From Octopus sinensis (lineage: Eukaryota), in contig NC_043000.1 in NCBI RefSeq assembly GCF_006345805.1, forward strand, positions 153,450,001 to 153,514,000: DNA of 64,000 bases, in the 5' to 3' direction. This document shows, piece by piece, positions 1 through 12,812 of this stretch. Position 1 is the stretch's first letter, and each line of letters starts with the position of its first letter. The position numbers and the translations under genes are program-made. The notes under the pieces are model-generated. The model saw only the letters and a program-made list of their open reading frames with translations, was not told the DNA's origin and searched no databases.

Positions 1-649
1 AAATGCGAACATTAAAGAAAAGAAAAAAGAGAGGAAATACCAAAAAATATGAAATACCTACCAGCTATAATAAATGACAGAATAAAACGAGGGTTATGAA
101 TATAATTTGAGGAAAAAAGTAGGTTTTCTTGACCAAGTTTTCTGAAACAATTAGAATTTATTACTGATATAAAAGTAATTATGACGAGTTTTATAGAGTA
201 GTAGGTGGGTCAAGGGAGAATAGAATCTGCGACATAATTTTGAATCTCGGCTGACATCTTCTTAACTTTAATTACTGGGTTTAATATATTCTTGAATAAA
301 ACATTTACGTCAAAACGTTCTATTTCTTCATTCACTTGTATTAAATATTGCTTGTTGTTGGCAGCACTTCATTTCGTTTGTGCCTAATGTGCTAGAAATA
401 AAAACAAAAAGAAACAAGAACAAAACCAACGTCCCTTCTTAGCATCTCGTTTAACCTAAAGGTCGCAGCTTATGACTAGGCAAAGGAAAATGTGTGGAGT
501 CACGAATTTTTAATGACTCATACTTTTTTTTGTTTTTAAGTATTTTATTGAATTTTATTATGGAAATAAAATTTATTATCTATAATTCGGTATGTGAAAT
601 TAATTTATGCTAGTGTTTAGTCAATAAGTGCTGATCAAGCAAATTTACT

Positions 650-860
650 ATTTCTTTACTACCCACAAGGGGTTAAACACAGAGGGGACAAACGGATTAA
701 GTCAATTATATTGACCCCAGTGCGTAACTGGTACTTATTTAATCGACCCCGAAAGGATGAAAGGCAAAGTCGACCTCGGCGGAATTTGAACTCAGAACGT
801 AACCTCAGACGAAATACTACTAAGCACTTCGCCCGGCGTGCTAACGATTCTACCAGCTCC
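650..860 (-). mobile_element. SINE family B (tRNA-like head, Deu/Nin-domain-like core), young type with CCCCTTGTGGG tail
   Basis: Minus strand reads GAGCTGGTAGAATCGTTAGCACGCCGGGCG...GAGTTCAAATTCCGCCGAGGTCGACTTTGCCTTTCATCCTTTCGGGGTCGATTAAATAAGTACCAG; near-identical to the copies at 37519, 51378 and 58540. Confidence 0.85.
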
Positions 861-1044
861 AAATTTACAATCAAAGGAAATACACTCGTAATCATCCTTT
901 CTTTTACTAGGCATACTATATTTAGGTTTTCATTATCTGACGTGTTCTTTTTTGAAGATGATAAGAGGCGATTTGATTTGGGCGCCATTTGTAGCAAATC
1001 CAACGACCATGTAGAGGATGTCTCATCTATTCTTCGTATGTTTG

Positions 1045-1047
1045 GTG

Positions 1048-1104
<57 letters not shown>
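1045..1104. repeat. (GT)n microsatellite
   Basis: Direct sequence. Confidence 0.95.
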
Positions 1105-1108
<4 letters not shown>

Positions 1109-1283
1109 CACGTATGAAAATAGATAAGTCGCTGTCACATCGTAAGAGGAAACATCTTAAGAACTGAATACAGAAACTCAAAGAGCAAAGGTCACTGTAC
1201 CAATAAAGACGCCTTTAAATTCATTGGAAGAACTAATTTGCACTCGTAAGAAACAATATACATCGTAGACGATCTCAAAGATG

Positions 1284-1956
1284 TACATACATACTTACAT
1301 ACATACATACATATATACATACATACATACATAATACATAATACATAATACATACATACATACATACATACATACATAATATATACATACATACATACAT
1401 ACATACATACATACATACATACCATACATAACATACATACATACATCCTACATACTACATACATACAACATAATACATACATACATACATACATACATAC
1501 ATACATACATACATACATACATACATAATACATGCATACATACATACATACCTACCTACATACATACATATATACATACATACATACATATATACATACA
1601 TACATACATAATACATACATACATACATACATAATACATACATACATACACACATACATATATACATACATACATACATACATACATACATACATACATA
1701 ATACATACATACATACATGCATAATACATACATACATAATACATACATACATATATACATACATACATACATACATACATACATGCATAATACATACATA
1801 CATACATACATACATAATACACACATACATGCATACATACATACATACATACATGCATAATACATACATACATACATACATACATGCATAATACATACAT
1901 ACATACATACATACATACATACATGCATACATACATACATACATACATACATACAT
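1284..1956. repeat. (TACA)n tetranucleotide array with interruptions
   Basis: About 670 bp of TACA/TACATAA/TGCA variants; source of the MYVC and HTYI ORFs. Confidence 0.95.
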
Positions 1957-2875
1957 AAACTGTTACTAATAAGTACTAGGTTTATAAAAACGATGAATTA
2001 TTTGGAAAATGGAACCGTGGCTAGTGCTCACTTCTCACGAACGGCAGATATAGACACTAGGTATATGTCCTGTTTCCTATTCGTGCATTTCTCCCCAGAC
2101 ATTTTGACAATATGTGCAGGCAACATAAAATTCTTTTAACTCTTAAATGCATTGCACGAAATCAATTACGTCTAACCTTGTGTTCCGTTCTGAGTATGTT
2201 CTCTTCTATCCGTATCAAGGAAACAGTTTCCAGCTCAAGTTCGTAAGCATTTTTTACTTACGACACTAAAACACTTACTTTCTATTTCAACTGTTTTAAA
2301 AATGACATGAATATCACATGATCTCTTCCACCTTATAGATTTGATTTCTTACGTCTAACAATGAAATAAGTTACAGTTGATGTTATGAGTTCTATTTAAA
2401 GATAAATCTCGACTTGTTGAGTCTGTGACCTAATTTCGATTGCAATTATAGGAATTTCTAGATATGAACACGATATAATATTATTTTACTTCAATATCAA
2501 TCTGAATCTTCATATTCATGTAAGAAGGCAAATATTTGTTGCTAGAAGGTTCTAGAAAATGACTTCTCTAAAAGAGATCAGTGATATCTTTTAAAGAGCA
2601 AAGCCAAATTCAGGCAGACAAAATTATTCAGACCTTTACACCGTCGTCTCTGAAAATAAAATGTCAAAGAAATTATAATCTTAGAAAGTTAGTGATTATA
2701 ATCGCTGTCAATATTCATTGAAATTTTTATTTCTGTCCTACGGATGATTATTTTAATTAGTTTTTATCATGCTTATTTTTTACTTTAGAAATGTATTTCA
2801 GTTGCGTAAACTTTTTAGAAAAAATTCCAGCTTTTCGATAATTCAGGCACAGGGTTATATACATGTATATATATG

Positions 2876-2933
2876 AGATTACCTAGGTTTTCACGTTCTT
2901 AAAGAGCTTAGTTTTACAACTTTCTTCAGATCC
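2876..2933 (-). ncRNA. Degenerate minimal hammerhead-like motif
   Basis: Minus strand: GGAT CTGAAGA [30 nt, weak stem II] GAAA ACCTAGGT A ATCT; palindromic stem III but one extra A. Confidence 0.45.
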
Positions 2934-3157
2934 TGGGTAACTACATATACCGGTCATATCTATTTATATCTAATTATATATATATATATATAAACAGTTT
3001 GGTTGCTTGTTTCTCTGGAGACTGTCAAAATGATGTGGACGCGTGTGATAAGAATCCAATAAGGTTCGGAAATCGATTAAGGTTGTTCATCATTTTTCAA
3101 CCTGCTGAGAAATGGCTAAAATTTGCCCTGTTTATAATTATACCATATGTTACACAT

Positions 3158-3211
<54 letters not shown>

Positions 3212-3430
3212 GCACAAGCGCATATATAACCAATGTGTCTGCATACATATATGTATATACAAATATATATGTGTGTGTGTGTATGTAAGGATGTATGTGT
3301 ATGTGTATGTGTGTGTGTCTGTGTATGTGTCCACAATATATTTGTGACGGAGTGGGAACGAACCTAGAAGCTCGTCATTGGGGAACGAAATCCTTTAAAC
3401 TTACGGCTTTGCCTGTGGTATATAACGTCT

Positions 3431-3832
3431 ACTCTTTTACTTGTTTCAGTCATTTGACTGTGGCCATGCTGGAGCACCGCCTTTAGTCGAGCAAATCGAC
3501 TCCGGGACTTATTCTTTGTAAGCCCAGCACTTATTCTATCGGTCTCTTTTGCCGAACCGCTAAGTGACGGGGACATAAACACACCACCATCGGTTGTCAA
3601 GCAATGCTAGGGGGACAAACACACACACACAAACACACATACACATATATACATATATATACATATATACGACAGGCTTCTTTCAGTTTCCGTCTACCAA
3701 ATCCACTCACAAGGCATTGGTCGGCCCGAGGCTATAGCAGAAGACACTTGCCCAAGATGTCACGCAGTGGGACTGAACCCAGAACCATGTGGTTAGTTAG
3801 CAAGCTACTTACCACACAGCCACTCCTGCGTC
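3431..3832 (-). mobile_element. SINE family A (tRNA-derived head, CORE-like TTGGGCAAGTGTCTT box, internal CA/TA microsatellite, GTAAAAGA tail)
   Basis: Full-length copy; matches about 20 other copies in the window. Confidence 0.9.
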
Positions 3833-4195
3833 TGTAGACATAAAACATCAAACATCCTTAAGAACAACTGAATTCGAGCAAATATACCTTGTGTGGTATC
3901 CGCTTCGCCTGAGTGACATAGTCGCTCCCTTGTCGCTCCCGTCACCGCAGCTGCAGTGATCTGTTGGCTGATCCAGCAGAAATTTATCAACGACGCTATT
4001 CTTCACAAAAAATAATGTTGGCGTTTGAAGGCAATCTAGAGTTGATCGGTGCAATTTTCAAGTTAATGGAGTGGGTGGGCTCTGTCTAGGGTTGGCAAAG
4101 CATAACAAATGAGATAGTAAGAGTTCAATTTCTATACGTTTGAAGCGCACCCCATAGACACACCAACGACCCCGATTCCGACAGTTTGGAACAAC

Positions 4196-4241
<46 letters not shown>

Positions 4242-4644
4242 ATGCTTTTATGTTTCCCTTTTTTTCTTTGTTACTCTGAAAGTTCGTAGAAGGACAGTAG
4301 ATGTGAGCAAATAAATAGAGAGCTAGGTGCCATGTGTGAACACTTTACCTAGCGAAGAAGACAACAGAGAGGGGTGGAAAATATGTGGATCGGAGGCACG
4401 AGGTAAATGAAATGTGTTGGGTGGCGGCTGTGACGGTGTCAGAGATAGTTGCGCTGGGTGGCGATTTCATGTAGGGAGGAGGAGGAGGGGTGGGCGAGCT
4501 AGAATGGGAACTGGAATGACGGAGTGTTAAGAGTTTAAAAGAATGAAAGGGTGGGGAAGTTTGGTTAAGCTGAGATAGAATGGCACGTGTGATTCTTCTC
4601 GAGATGAGAGAAGTTTGGTTCAAGTGTGTTGGGGATAAATACAC

Positions 4645-4658
4645 ACGCATACATACAC

Positions 4659-4701
<43 letters not shown>

Positions 4702-4843
4702 TATATATATAATATATACATATATATATATACACATATATATATATATATGTATGTATATATATATGTATGTATATATATATATATATAATATATATAT
4801 ATATAATATATATATATATATATTATATATATATATGTATGTA

Positions 4844-4881
<38 letters not shown>

Positions 4882-4905
4882 ACACACACACACATACACA
4901 CACCC

Positions 4906-4949
<44 letters not shown>

Positions 4950-4953
4950 TATA

Positions 4954-4985
<32 letters not shown>
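4645..4985. repeat. (TA)n-rich array
   Basis: Direct sequence. Confidence 0.95.
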
Positions 4986-6515
4986 GAATGTGTGTGCATA
5001 TAAAGATATACATTTTATAGAACACACACACATATTCATGTATATACTTACTTGCATATATACATTGTATCGACATTATTTCTCACTTGCGGGTTAGCAA
5101 AACTTAAACAAAGACTCTCTGAAGTTTATTAAGTGACTCTACTTAATTGCTATTGTACTAAAGTCCGATAAATGAACTTTGTCACATAGTTCAAGATGAA
5201 ACCCGAATCTACTTATGAAATTCTAAGACTGTGATTAGAACGCATGCGTATAAGTATACAAACTGTTGTGAGAAATTTAAAAAAAAACAACTCTTAAGAT
5301 ACATTATATAAAAATTTAGACTTGGAGAAACTGCTATTACTGTCTATATCAAACAAGAATTCCCATAAATTCCTATGAAGAACTCCTTAAATATCTACTT
5401 AATCTACCATCATGTTTCTTTAAAACTTATGATTTGGTGTGGGTCACCGTATATTTATTTATTTATTTATTTATTATTTATTTATTTATGATATCACAAT
5501 TCGTGAAAGGGCTTTTGGTTACAGGTTTCCACCGAGCTAATCACAATATTTTTGAAAACGAAAGTTGCAATGGAGTGTCAGTAAATCGATGCAAAACAAA
5601 TTCCTCCCCAAACTTTGTTCATAAAACAAAGTGTTTTCCGCTTTCACAAACGTCTATGATAAATAGACATGGGACTATGATAAATGCGATTGACCAAGTT
5701 GCCACGTAGTAGGACTGAAACGGGGACTTAATGAATGCGAAGCAAAGTTCATATGCATTTAGTGATGCTTGCATATTTGTATATAATGAATATGCGAGCA
5801 GTTTTGGTGAACCAAATTCAGCTCAAAAGGTATTCGTAAGCACTAAGAAGAAGATCGAACCGGTAATCATGTAGTTGGGAAGTAGGCATTTTAACCAAAG
5901 TTCACAATAGGCATAGAGTTAGATATAGTGATAATTTGAAATAGAAACAAAATTATCAACTAAATATATTTGGCTCCTTATAATAGGAGTGTGAATTAAT
6001 ATACATTATGCGTGCAATTCACTAAATTTCATTTGTTGTGTCATGCCTATATCTTACGAATCCCAGTTCTAACAGATTTGAGAGAACATGTTTTGCGAGA
6101 TATTTGCATCACATCCATTGAGTGTTCTATCTGTTCATGTTGTAGTTAGCAGCTAATAAATGTTAAGCAAACTCGCTAAGAAATGACATTTGTTATTATC
6201 TGGCTCAAATTCTTGACTTATTAATGCAATTGTGGATGTAATGTTATAAAGCAAATATAAAACAGTGATTCTCTAATATTTGTGAAAGTGAAACTTTAAG
6301 CACCCCTTGTTGCTTTGGTAATGAGAGGACAAAATATTTTGTATCTTTAATAACTATTCGATCATCGCCATGGTGTTTGACATGTTTTAAAGTTTAAAAC
6401 TATCATAATTTTATCAAATGTGGAAGTCCGTCAACCCACTTTCAATCCTTTCTGCCCGCCATCTCTGAAAGCTTTTGAGCAAATAACTTCGATGGAATTT
6501 TTAGACATGCATGAT

Positions 6516-6659
6516 ACTTAGCGGTTCGGCAAAAGAGACCGATAGAATAAGTACTGGGCTTACAAAGAATAAGTCCCGGGGTCGAGTTGCTCGCTTAAAG
6601 GCGGTGCTCCAGCATGGCCGCAGTCAAATGACTGAAACAAGTAAAAGGGTAAAAGAGTA
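6516..6659 (+). mobile_element. SINE family A, 3' fragment
   Basis: ACTTAGCGGTTCGGCAAAAGAGACC...GACTGAAACAAGTAAAAG. Confidence 0.85.
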
Positions 6660-7005
6660 TACCTAGATTATATAAAAGTGAGAAAACAAGGAGTAACAAT
6701 TAATATAATTGATTATGACATAAGGTGTCATTCAAATGGATATTAAGTATAATTTCATTTTGAAATTGTCTCGTCACTTGAGTTTCTGCCAGTGAAAATT
6801 GGGTAAATAATGATGGTGTGTGTGTGTGTGTATATACGAGTGTGTTTGTATATATGAATATAGATGTTTATGTATACATAAACATGTATGTACATATGTA
6901 TAAATATAATTGAAAGATAAGGAAATAATTCTATTCTCAAACGCAGGATAATGATATAGCATGCACAGGATAAACTATCCATATTTTGCAGAAAGATCTG
7001 TCGGC

Positions 7006-7078
7006 AGGCAGCCACGAGACTCGAACTCACATCCCTGTGATTATCCGTCAAGTGCTTTACTATTAAGCTAAACTGCCC
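7006..7078 (-). pseudogene. tRNA-like sequence (Ile GAT-like anticodon loop), probably a pseudogene or repeat head
   Basis: Minus strand GGGCAGTTTAGCTTAATAGTAAAGC...CTTGA CGGATAA TCACAG...GTTCGAGTC...GCTGCCT: 7-bp acceptor stem, A-box and B-box, but G at position 33 and a bulged anticodon stem. Confidence 0.5.
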
Positions 7079-7665
7079 GAACGACAAATTCGTCTGCAAA
7101 TTTACGATACACAAATCTAGCTTTATAAGACGCTGTTGTACGTTAAATTCAACTTTGGTCAAATGTCAACAAAGTTTGCTTTAGAAGCGACGAGATGCAT
7201 TGAAAGATACAGACAAGGAAAGGATTTTATTTCCTTATCCTGCGTTTGAGAATAAAACCATTTCCTTATCTGTGTCTCTCAATACATCTCAACAATTCTA
7301 AAGCAAACTTTGCTGGTTGACTTTCAATGTAATCTAATTATTATAAGACCTTACTTTGGGCGATGTAAGAAAGTAAACGCAATCATTGTATGCTATCGAT
7401 GTATGGGGAAAAAAGTGAGAGGGAATCTCTTGACGGTCGTTTTCACGTTTTTCGACCGTTCCCCAGAACTTCGTATTTAGTGTAATCAATTTAATAAATT
7501 ATATCATATTTTTTCTTCACCAACAGGTATTATTTCTCTACATTCTCTCTCTCTCTCTCTCCATCTCGTCATGCTATTCTTTTGTTTCTGATGAAGTACA
7601 AACTTTCGGAACATTAAGACTTAATTTGAACTCATACGTGAAACTGATACTGTATACGATACAGT

Positions 7666-7950
<285 letters not shown>

Positions 7951-9191
7951 TACTTATGCGTGTGTGTGTGTGTGTACATGCGTGTATGCTCGTGTGTGTT
8001 TGTGATTGCATATTTCAATGATGATCAATATCAAACTAACATGTTTGGTATTTAATTATTTAATAAAGCTTATAAATACTTAGGTAATAAAATTCTCTTT
8101 ACTACGTCCTATTCCACCATTTCAAACTGTCTTCGTATTGGAGATTACATTAGAAATCTTGTCCATCTAAGCTTACGTTTGATGACACTCAGAATTCAAT
8201 ATCAACTCCAATTTTGTGAAACATTGAATTATTGGAAGTGCTCGATCATTAGTAATTATACCTTATAGGAACCATCGAAGGTGCTTTTATGTGTTTTCTA
8301 CCTGCTGGTTATAATAGTTAGATGGCCTTCAAATCTCACCCTACTCTCTTGGAAAAAGGAAGTAAATACTGTATTATACAATCAAGAGTGCATCATGCTT
8401 AGAGGAGTGATGGTTAAGGCTGGAATGTTTTTGATGAAAGATTTGGTCAATTAGGGCTAAGTTGGAGTTAAACTACAACAATAAACAATCTATCTCCACA
8501 CATGATGCTGAATCAGCGCAATAAATAAATAAATTAATTCAAGAAATACAGATAAATATATACAACAAAAACGGCAAAGTTTGATATCACAAGTTTTCAC
8601 ATCGAAGTACGCTGTTATTTTCAAACAGAAAAGCATATTATGAAGACAATATGAAATTATTAATCTGAACTCTCGGCTTTAAACAACCAGTATGTAGTTA
8701 ATAGTAATTAATGTTTAGTAACAAATAAAGACGGTGGGTTGTGAAATCAATAGAAACCTCAAGGCTTTACAGATTTCGCTTGGCACTGTTCACATAGCTT
8801 AATAAGTTCAACCCTTCTCCATTTCATTATTTGTAAACATCTTTGGTATTCCAGTCCAATCAACAAAGAATGTTCACAATTATTTGTTAATTATTCCCTC
8901 ATTCCAATTCGGGACAAATCAGAAACATTCACTTTGATATTCATTATCATGTGTTTCCTATTATTAAAAATTACTCTACTCTCGAACAGCCAAACAGTAA
9001 TTACAACAAACATGTGTCAAAGTGTATTCGAACATTGGCTATGATTACATTTTGAATTAGGTGGCTGCATATCAAGATGATGACAGTTTACATACGTACG
9101 AAATACTGTTCCAACTCATTAAATATACCCTTTTTTACTATCAATCTATACTTCAACCTGTATGAGTTTCGATGTTTCTTACTATTTAATT

Positions 9192-9757
9192 TTATTATTA
9201 TTACTGAATGAGTGAGCAGCGCATGCCGTCAAAGTGACACTGGGGTAAAATATACGAAGCCCAATATACCCATCATGACTACCCGTTTGACAAGGATACA
9301 CCAGGCACATGCATCACAACCCTATGTGCACGACATGGTGACCTTATATCTTGATAAACAGCACATGACCTTGTAGGTGACGCCCAACTAGACTTCCCTT
9401 CAGTTCGGGTAGCCTATCCAGCTCAAAAGGTCCCTGAACAAAGGTTGTAAAAGATGTCTAAAAAAATACCCATGTTTCCATGGGTGAATTTTTCAAACCC
9501 CAAAGAATTCCTCTCAACACATGGCTATGATGCTCCTCCGCTATTTCTGCTCGTGATCAGAGATGCACATATCGTCAGCCACCAAGGGACCTGCTCAACT
9601 GATTAAGGGCAAGCAACTGACACGCAAATCTGTGGTTTTAAGCAGAATATTGGTTGTAGCCCAATTTTTATAACAAGACAAAACATGTATACGATAACAC
9701 TTCCATTCAGTTAAGATCAAAAGACATGAGAGCCAGTGCCTGGTACTACATCAGGGC
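9192..9757 (-). mobile_element. Probable non-LTR retroelement or SINE 3' portion with a (TAA)n tail
   Basis: Complex sequence whose minus strand ends ...GCTGCTCACTCATTCAGTAATAATAATAA; bounded on the other side by a triplet array. Single copy in this window. Confidence 0.4.
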
Positions 9758-9759
9758 AT

Positions 9760-9903
9760 TTCTTCTTCTTCTTCTTCTTCTTCTTCTTCTTCTTCTTCTT
9801 CTTCTTTTTCTTTTTCTTCTTCTTTTCCTTCTTTTTCTTCTTCTTCTTCTTCTTCTTCTTCTTCTTCTTCTTCTTCTTCTTCTTTTTCTTCTTCTTCTTC
9901 TAC

Positions 9904-9982
<79 letters not shown>
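9760..9982. repeat. Compound (TTC)n-(TTA)n-(CTA)n microsatellite
   Basis: Direct sequence. Confidence 0.95.
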
Positions 9983-9984
<2 letters not shown>

Positions 9985-9987
9985 GAA

Positions 9988-10345
9988 GTAAGGCAGGATA
10001 CCTAGAACGCCGAAGAACATGCTTAGAAGCATTTCGTCTGTCTTTACATTGTGAGTTCAAATTCCGCCGAATTCGACTCTGCTTTTCATCATTTTGGGGT
10101 GGATGAAATAAGTACCTGTTGAGTACTATGTCGATGTAATCGACTATCCCACTTCCTCAAAATTTTAGGCCACGTACCTATAGCAGAAAAGATTATCATC
10201 ATTTTAAGTTGAACGGGCAGAGTTGTTAAAGTGTCTGGCAAAATACCCCTACAGTATTCATTCAAGATCTTTATGTTTTGAGTTCAAAACCCACCGATGT
10301 CATGCTACCATTATACTTTTCCGGGTAAATAAAATATATTACCAT
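9988..10345 (+). mobile_element. Two diverged SINE family B-like copies in tandem
   Basis: GAGTTCAAATTCCGCCGAATTCGACTCTGCTTTTCATCATTTTGGGG at about 10050-10100, and a more decayed GAGTTCAAAACCCACC copy at about 10210-10345. Confidence 0.6.
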
Positions 10346-10727
10346 TCAAACTTTAAAACGTGCCTTCAAATTTCTGACGTTGTGGCTATATTAGAAGCAT
10401 TAAATGTTAAAAACAATTATCTTTTTATTTTCATTTTCGTTCTTCCACAAAATTATGTCCAAATCCAGAACATTGACAGAGTGGCGGACACCATGCCATT
10501 TAGATTATTTAGTTACGCTTTTTTACATTTTGAGTTAAAAATCCACTGGTTCTGGTTTTATTTTTGATCTTTCTCGAGTCTTTTAAGTAAGTACCAGTCA
10601 GGTATTGGGTCGATAAGAAACTACTCTTACTGTTCTCTAGGATTCGTGGCATAGATCTTATTTTTAAAATTATAATAATCACTTTTTCAAACAGATTCGG
10701 GCGTGCTTCTACATCACCTATATGTTT

Positions 10728-11029
10728 GTGGAGGCACATGGCCTAGTAGTTAGAGCAGCGGACACGCGGTCGAGGGATCGCGGGTTCGAATCTCAGACCG
10801 GGCGATGTGTGTGTCTATGAGCGAAATACCTAAGCTCCACGCAGCTCCAGCAGAAGGTAATGGCGAACTTCTGCTGACTCTTTCGCCAGAACTTTCTCTC
10901 CCTCCTTCCTCCTGCATCTTGCAGCTCACCTGCGACGGACCGGCGTCCCGTCCAGGTGGGGAGCCTATATGCCAAGGAAACCGGGAAACCGGCCCTAATG
11001 AGCCAGGCATGGCTTGAGAATGAACAACA
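10728..11029 (+). mobile_element. tRNA-derived SINE, body 1 + tail X
   Basis: A-box TGGCCTAGTAGTTAG, B-box GGTTCGAATC; tail CCTGCGACGGACCGGCGTCCCGTCCAGG...GAACAACAA; 12-bp TSD ACCTATATGTTT at 10716-10727 and 11030-11041. Confidence 0.9.
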
Positions 11030-11316
11030 ACCTATATGTTTCTGAATTGTGAGCAGCATTGCGTTCGAGGGAGTAGGATGTTGTTTTTGCAATATTGGAT
11101 GTTGTAGAGTTTATTTTGTAACTCCTCATGTTACGTTAGTGTTTCATATATGCTGTGTGGATTGTGTTTATTGAATGGTAATTGCGTAGAATATGTGTGA
11201 GTTGTGATATAATTCTGCTATCGATGATCTAGTATCTGTATTCTGTAAGTTGTGTTATATTGTGGGATTGTGATTAATTAGAATCTATGATGTGCAGATT
11301 GTGTTATAATATAGAA

Positions 11317-11686
11317 GGGAAGCACTCCGTCGGTTATGGTTGATCCGAATCAACGGAACAGCCTGCTCGTGAAATTAACGTGTAAGTGGCTGAGCACTCC
11401 ACAGACACGTGTACCCTTAACGTAGTTCTCGAGGAGATTCAGCGTGACACAGAGAGTGACAAGGGTGGCCCTTTGAAATACAGGTACAACAGAAACAGTA
11501 AGTAAGAGTGAGAGAAAGTTGTGGTGAAAGAGTACAGCAGGGATCGCCACCATCCCCTGCCGGAGCCTTGTGGAGCTTTAGGTGTTTTCGCTCAATAAAC
11601 ACTCACAACGCCCGGTCTGGGAATCGAAACCGCGATCCTCCGACCGCGAGTCCGCTGCCCTAACCACTGGGCCATTGCGCCTCCAC
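11317..11686 (-). mobile_element. tRNA-derived SINE, body 1 + tail Y
   Basis: Same head and body as 10728; tail TGTATTTCAAAGGG...GAGAACTACGTTAAGGGTACACGTGTC...AACCGACGGAGTGC; 12-bp TSD TATAATATAGAA at 11305-11316 and 11687-11698. Confidence 0.9.
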
Positions 11687-12405
11687 TATAATATAGAACG
11701 TGAAATGTGTAGAGCATGTGTCGCATGAGTGGTTATTTACATTAGACGGTGAGTGTGAAGACTAAAGGCTGTGCGAGTTGTGCTGAAGTATCGTGTTGTG
11801 TTGATTGTGTTATGACGTTGGACGTTGAATGTGCAGAATGAGATGCATGGGTTGCGCTATGGAATTAAAAGTGTCTTGTGTGAATATGGGCTATGCTTAG
11901 AAGGGCATTTTAAATCTGTATAAATGTATAAGTTCCAGTAAGGTTCTGATATATTTCTTGTACCATTTATATTATACTTAGTGCCCCAATTACTAGTGGT
12001 ATTGTTTTGACTTACCTATCCCTACATTCTGCTTATTTCCAACCATTATTAATACTAAAGCAATAGAGCAGGATGAAATAGTAAAACTGTGAGAGTAGTC
12101 GTCTCATGCCCAGATTCATTAAGGTAATAAAAATGCTGTTAATTATACAGTATTCTTGTTACTTATAGCGCTTAACTGAACCATAATAATGGCACGATTA
12201 TCTGTATTAAGTCACTGAAAGTAAAGAATATAGGAGATATACACTATTATCTCAGGTGGCAGAGTAGATATCATTAACTCTTCAACCGGTAACTTGACTC
12301 TCTTCTAACTCGGTCCGTCTGAATCTTATTCAATCAGATAAAAAGCCTGAAAGTTTCTTCATTTTCTCAACCTGGTTTTTTTAGAATTATTTGATCTCTG
12401 CAGTT

Positions 12406-12619
12406 ACTCTCTTTTACTTGTTTCAGTCATGCGACTGCGGCCATGCTGGAGCACCGCCTTTATTCGAGCAAATCGACCCCGGGACTTATTCTTTGTAAGC
12501 CCAGTACGTATTCTATCGGTCTCTTTTGCCGAACCGCTAAGTGACGGGGACGTAAACACACCAGCATCGGTTGTCAAGCAATGCTAGGGAGACAAACACA
12601 GACACACAAACACATACAT

Positions 12620-12650
<31 letters not shown>

Positions 12651-12812
12651 CATATATACGACAGGCTTCTTTCAGTTTCCGTCTACCAAATCCACTCACA
12701 GGCATTGGTCAGCCCGGGGCTATAGCAGAAGACACTTGTCCAAGATGCTACGCAGTGGGGCTGAACCCGGAACCATGTGGTTAGTTAGCAAGCTACTTAC
12801 CACACAGCCACT
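12406..12812 (-). mobile_element. SINE family A
   Basis: Near full-length copy. Confidence 0.9.

Noticed and set aside
1192-1956. ORFs such as [22 protein letters not shown] and poly-L/S/R here and at 4.6k, 21.6k, 23k, 34-35k, 41k and 58k
   Set aside because: They are stop-free translations of microsatellites.
5450-5760. LINE 3' end with a (TAAA)n tail on the minus strand
   Set aside because: The tail is suggestive, but no ORF2 motif could be read, so it was left uncalled.
7583-7620. Hammerhead at GTTT CTGATGA...GGAACATTA AGAC
   Set aside because: GAAA is mutated and stem III is mismatched; not distinguishable from chance.
10728-10800. Functional tRNA genes at SINE heads
   Set aside because: A and B boxes are present, but they continue into SINE bodies with TSDs and lack proper acceptor stems and terminators.
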